DNA from: Azolla caroliniana
Lineage: Eukaryota; Plantae; Polypodiophyta
Length of the DNA stretch: 64,000 bases
Reading direction: 5' to 3'
NCBI GenBank assembly: GCA_043228905.1
Contig: JBHGNT010000006.1
Location: forward strand, 15,252,001 to 15,316,000
The translations under genes and the position numbers were made by a program. The notes under the pieces are model-generated. The model saw only the letters and a list, made by a program, of their open reading frames with translations. It was not told the DNA's origin and ran no database searches. Each line of letters starts with the position of its first letter. Position 1 is the stretch's first letter. Positions 61,039 through 64,000 of the stretch are shown here, piece after piece.

Positions 61039-61929
61039 ACGCAATTTCAAAATTATATCAAGACTACACACCTACACACTGTGCTAAGTAGCACTATTTA
61101 TACAAGTCCTCTTGGGACTAACAGAAGTACCATGTACTTCAATGCTCACACGAGCATCTGACACTTACTACGAGACTATAGATACCTAGTAGTCTATCCT
61201 ATTCTAGGCTTCCGATTGGACTACCGGTTACGGATTGCACCCGGCCTCCACTGCTTGCCGGTTCGGTTGCTCACCGTCATACCGATCCGTTTCGCCCGAT
61301 CCGTCTCGCTTACCGGCTCCGGCTTATTCAGCCGATCCGACTCCGGTTGAGCTTGCCGCTCAACAGTTCTCTCAGGCATATGATGATATGGGGGTGCATG
61401 GCATGCATGTGATGCATGTGATACATGATCGCCATTTGGCGCACATGCTTTACATGTGATGCATGATAGCCATATGCTCATCTAAGCTCTAATGTATGAA
61501 GATACACATGTCATAAGTATGGTGATAAAAGTATAACTATAGAAAATAACTTATCCTAATGGTATATGCTTCGTCCTTGGTGTGTGAGGTTACGGGTGCA
61601 AGTCTCTCAAATGTTACTTAATACAATATTGAAGTTTATTTTTATATCGTGAAGCAAATCCTTCACGGCACCGTGACTAAGGATTTCGGGTTCGCAATGG
61701 ACTCTCGGTCCTTCCGGCGAGCTTCCTTGTTTAGGAAGCTCGACTTCACCTGAACTAGGGATAGATGTTTCCCTTCCAATCCAGCGTTGCTCAGTGTGAC
61801 AACAAGGGTCTCCCAACTGTCCTAAAGGGATCCCAACAACAACAATGCTAATAACTCATCGGCAAGAGGTACTTCTAGAGAGGTGGTTTGATTCATCAGT
61901 CCTTCGAAGGCATTAATATTCTCCACCAT

Positions 61930-63531
61930 GGTCAAGAACAGCACTAAGACAGAGAGGGAATTAGTACTAAGAGATGCGAATTAGTACTAAGAGAGAGAAA
62001 AGGGTGTAGAACTTGTTGGCATAAAAGGACGACTCCTTCCAAATTGTATCCGTCTGAGTGTGAACTCGTTAAAAAGTTTGGGCTTAGTATATAAGCGAAT
62101 ACCTAACATTGTAATGAGTGCTGATGAGTAGAGTATCGAATCTTTGAGAAAGAATGAAGTAATAAGAAGCTTTCCATTAAAGCTCCATTTGTGTAAGTCT
62201 CCACGCCTATTCTATTTTCTGTATGTGTTGTTTGCTGTCTAGTACCGACTAGAGATCCATACACGTTTCCGCACATAACATTCGTACCCACAATTGGTAT
62301 CAGAGTCGAATCTTTGTTGTTCGGCAGCAACAGACAACAGAAGAACCTGAAAGAAAAAACCAGGTCAAAAAACTCAAGTTCACAAACAGAATATGGTTTC
62401 AACATCCGGAACAGGAGTTGAAATCAGAAAATTTGACGACAAAAACTTTGCCTTGTGGAAGGAGGTGATGCAGGATGTGCTAATCATTCGAAGATAGGTT
62501 AAAGCCATTCGGCATAGTGAAAAACTTGCTTCAATGACAACCGAGGAGTGGAGATCAACGGACGAAATCGCACGCTCCACCATTCGAATGCATCTGGCCA
62601 AAAACGTCTATTTCAGCATGTCGAAAGAGACGACATCGTTCTTATTGTGGGAGACACTACAAACCGTCTATGAGAAGAAGTCCTCATCTTCGAAATTGAT
62701 CTTGATCAAACAATTGTTCAACATGAAGATGAAAGAGACTGATCCGGTAACCTCCAAGATCAACACCTTTAGCCGGGTGTTGTTAGAGCTCTCGTCACAA
62801 GGGATCAACTTCGAAGAAGAAGTGAAAGCCCTTGCCCTCCTATCGAGCTTGCCAGCGAGTTGGGGGGTATTCTGTACGACTTACGCCAATAGTCGACCGA
62901 TCCTAAATCTGGACAAAACAACGGGCCAAGTCCTCACAGAGGACATCAGATGAAAATCGATGGAACTAACCATCGATGAGTTGGTAGAAGCCCATCACTT
63001 GACTAAGTCGTTCGATCAACAGAGTCGAACGAAAGAACAAACCGACAGAATTAGTCGATGCCACAACCGATCGAAAACTAGGGGTGACTGACAATGGTCG
63101 AAGACGAGAACGGGTCAAACAAGTGAGTATCGCACACACTGCAGGAAAGCTGGCCACAATGTTTCCGACTGCTCAATAAAAAGAAAAGAGAGTGGTCGGA
63201 GATCCGAGCGGAATCAGGGACGTTTCGACTTGGACCACTCTCTAGTTGGCAACCGGATCAATGTTGCCGACACCTGATCCGGAGAAATCCTCTCCCTAGA
63301 GGACTCGATGATCGGAGAAGTCCTCTACAATGCACAAGTTGCACACACATGGCTACTAGAATCTGGTGCCACATTCCACGTGACCCCCAACATTGAATGG
63401 TTCTCGAACTATTCAGCCGACGCCAGCGACACATTCCGACTAGGAAATGGGCAGGAGTGCAAGATAGCTAGAACCGGGGAGGTTCGCATCAGATTGCCAA
63501 ATGGCAACACAATAACCCTGCACCAAGTTGG
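61930..63531 (+). mobile_element. Degenerate Ty1/Copia element J (LTR ending 62292, PBS 62295-62305, gag from 62393, protease)
   Basis: ...CCCACA-AT-TGGTATCAGAG, then IRKFDDKNFALWK, ALALLSSLPASW and WLLESGATFHVT. The LTR start was not resolved. Confidence 0.8.
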
Positions 63532-64000
63532 TGTTATGTACACATAATGTTGGTGAGGGTAGGTCACCAATATTTACATTAGTGAAGGGTATGTTCACTA
63601 ATGTTAAAAAGGGGACTAATGATTGGATAGAAGGAATGATAGGTGCATGCACTATCATTATTTGGGCAACCAATGAATGGAGAGCCTTTTACAAAGGCAC
63701 AACTATTCAAGGGGCCTAGGAAAAGGTATAAATATGAGGCTTAGCTACCCTCATAATCACATTACATCGGAAGGCTGATGTCTTAGACACCGGTGGTGCG
63801 GGCTAGGCTTTCGTCTCAATGATCGTGTTTATCTCTTCCAAGGTATTAGTTATCCTAATATCCGATGGTATGGGACGTCGGTGGTAGGTTGGCTATGTCT
63901 AGATCATAGCTCGGGGGTGGTCGGGTGGACTAGGTTCTTCTATCCATTCTATTTTCCTTCTTTTACTTTAGTTTGGTCAATTGATTAGTAATAGACTCTG
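63532..64000 (+). repeat. Family E chromovirus LTR, cut by the window end, inserted in element J
   Basis: TGTTATGTACACATAA... collinear with 23231-23704. Confidence 0.93.

Larger units (their letters stand above)
55489..61365 (-). mobile_element. Full-length Ty1/Copia element D (5' LTR 60937-61365, 3' LTR 55489-55889), related to element C
   Basis: LTRs TGTTGAGCGG...TTCACA, PBS at 60925-60936, PPT at 55890-55901, and a flanking 13-bp duplication. Confidence 0.93.
46636..61670 (-). mobile_element. tRNA-Trp-primed Gypsy element G encoding only gag-protease (3' LTR 46636-47419; 5' LTR 49470-61670 split by two Copia insertions); 4-bp TSD CCAT/CCGT
   Basis: Paired LTRs, PBS TGGTGAACCCGACATGAA at 49448-49465, and PPT AAAGGGGGTGGG next to 47419. 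The internal region is only ~2.05 kb. Confidence 0.88.
21632..61929 (-). mobile_element. Degenerate Copia family-A element H in three pieces (61675-61929 gag; 43741-46635 gag end to RT; 21632-21962 RT end fused to the 3' half of the LTR)
   Basis: The reading frame joins across insertions: KSLVT|ESDT at 61671/46635 and ILRYMKDT|SSVCLRFGSG at 43736/21962. RT LLLYVDDML is present, and the LTR ends ...GATCCTAACA at 21632. Confidence 0.8.

Overview
Plant heterochromatin-type window made almost entirely of nested LTR retrotransposons, with no intact host gene. The mix of chromodomain Ty3/Gypsy, tRNA-Trp-primed Ty3/Gypsy and Ty1/Copia families suggests a moss such as Physcomitrium, but that is inference only. 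Most insertions can be bounded by TG..CA LTR ends, PBS/PPT and target-site duplications (TSDs), giving at least 4 nesting levels. One Copia (49948-55466) has an uninterrupted gag-pol but a D->H change at an RNase H catalytic site. One chromovirus (23231-30346) is near-complete. The most unusual object is a 7.8-kb transposase-less DNA transposon (34827-42668). It has an 8-bp TSD and bipartite terminal inverted repeats (15 bp + 19-bp spacer + 13 bp), sits in a chromovirus leader, and carries decayed host-gene pieces: a whole TIC20-II pseudogene, intron-containing SAM-synthetase exons and probably a PPR motif. Other oddities are an antisense tRNA-like A/B-box module conserved in two LTR families, a TSD-flanked inside-out Copia with a central LTR, a gag-protease-only element, a 13-bp TSD, a microsatellite-type switch between paired LTRs and duplicated PPTs. 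Letters (A, B, C...) are my own labels; all calls were made by eye with no database searches.
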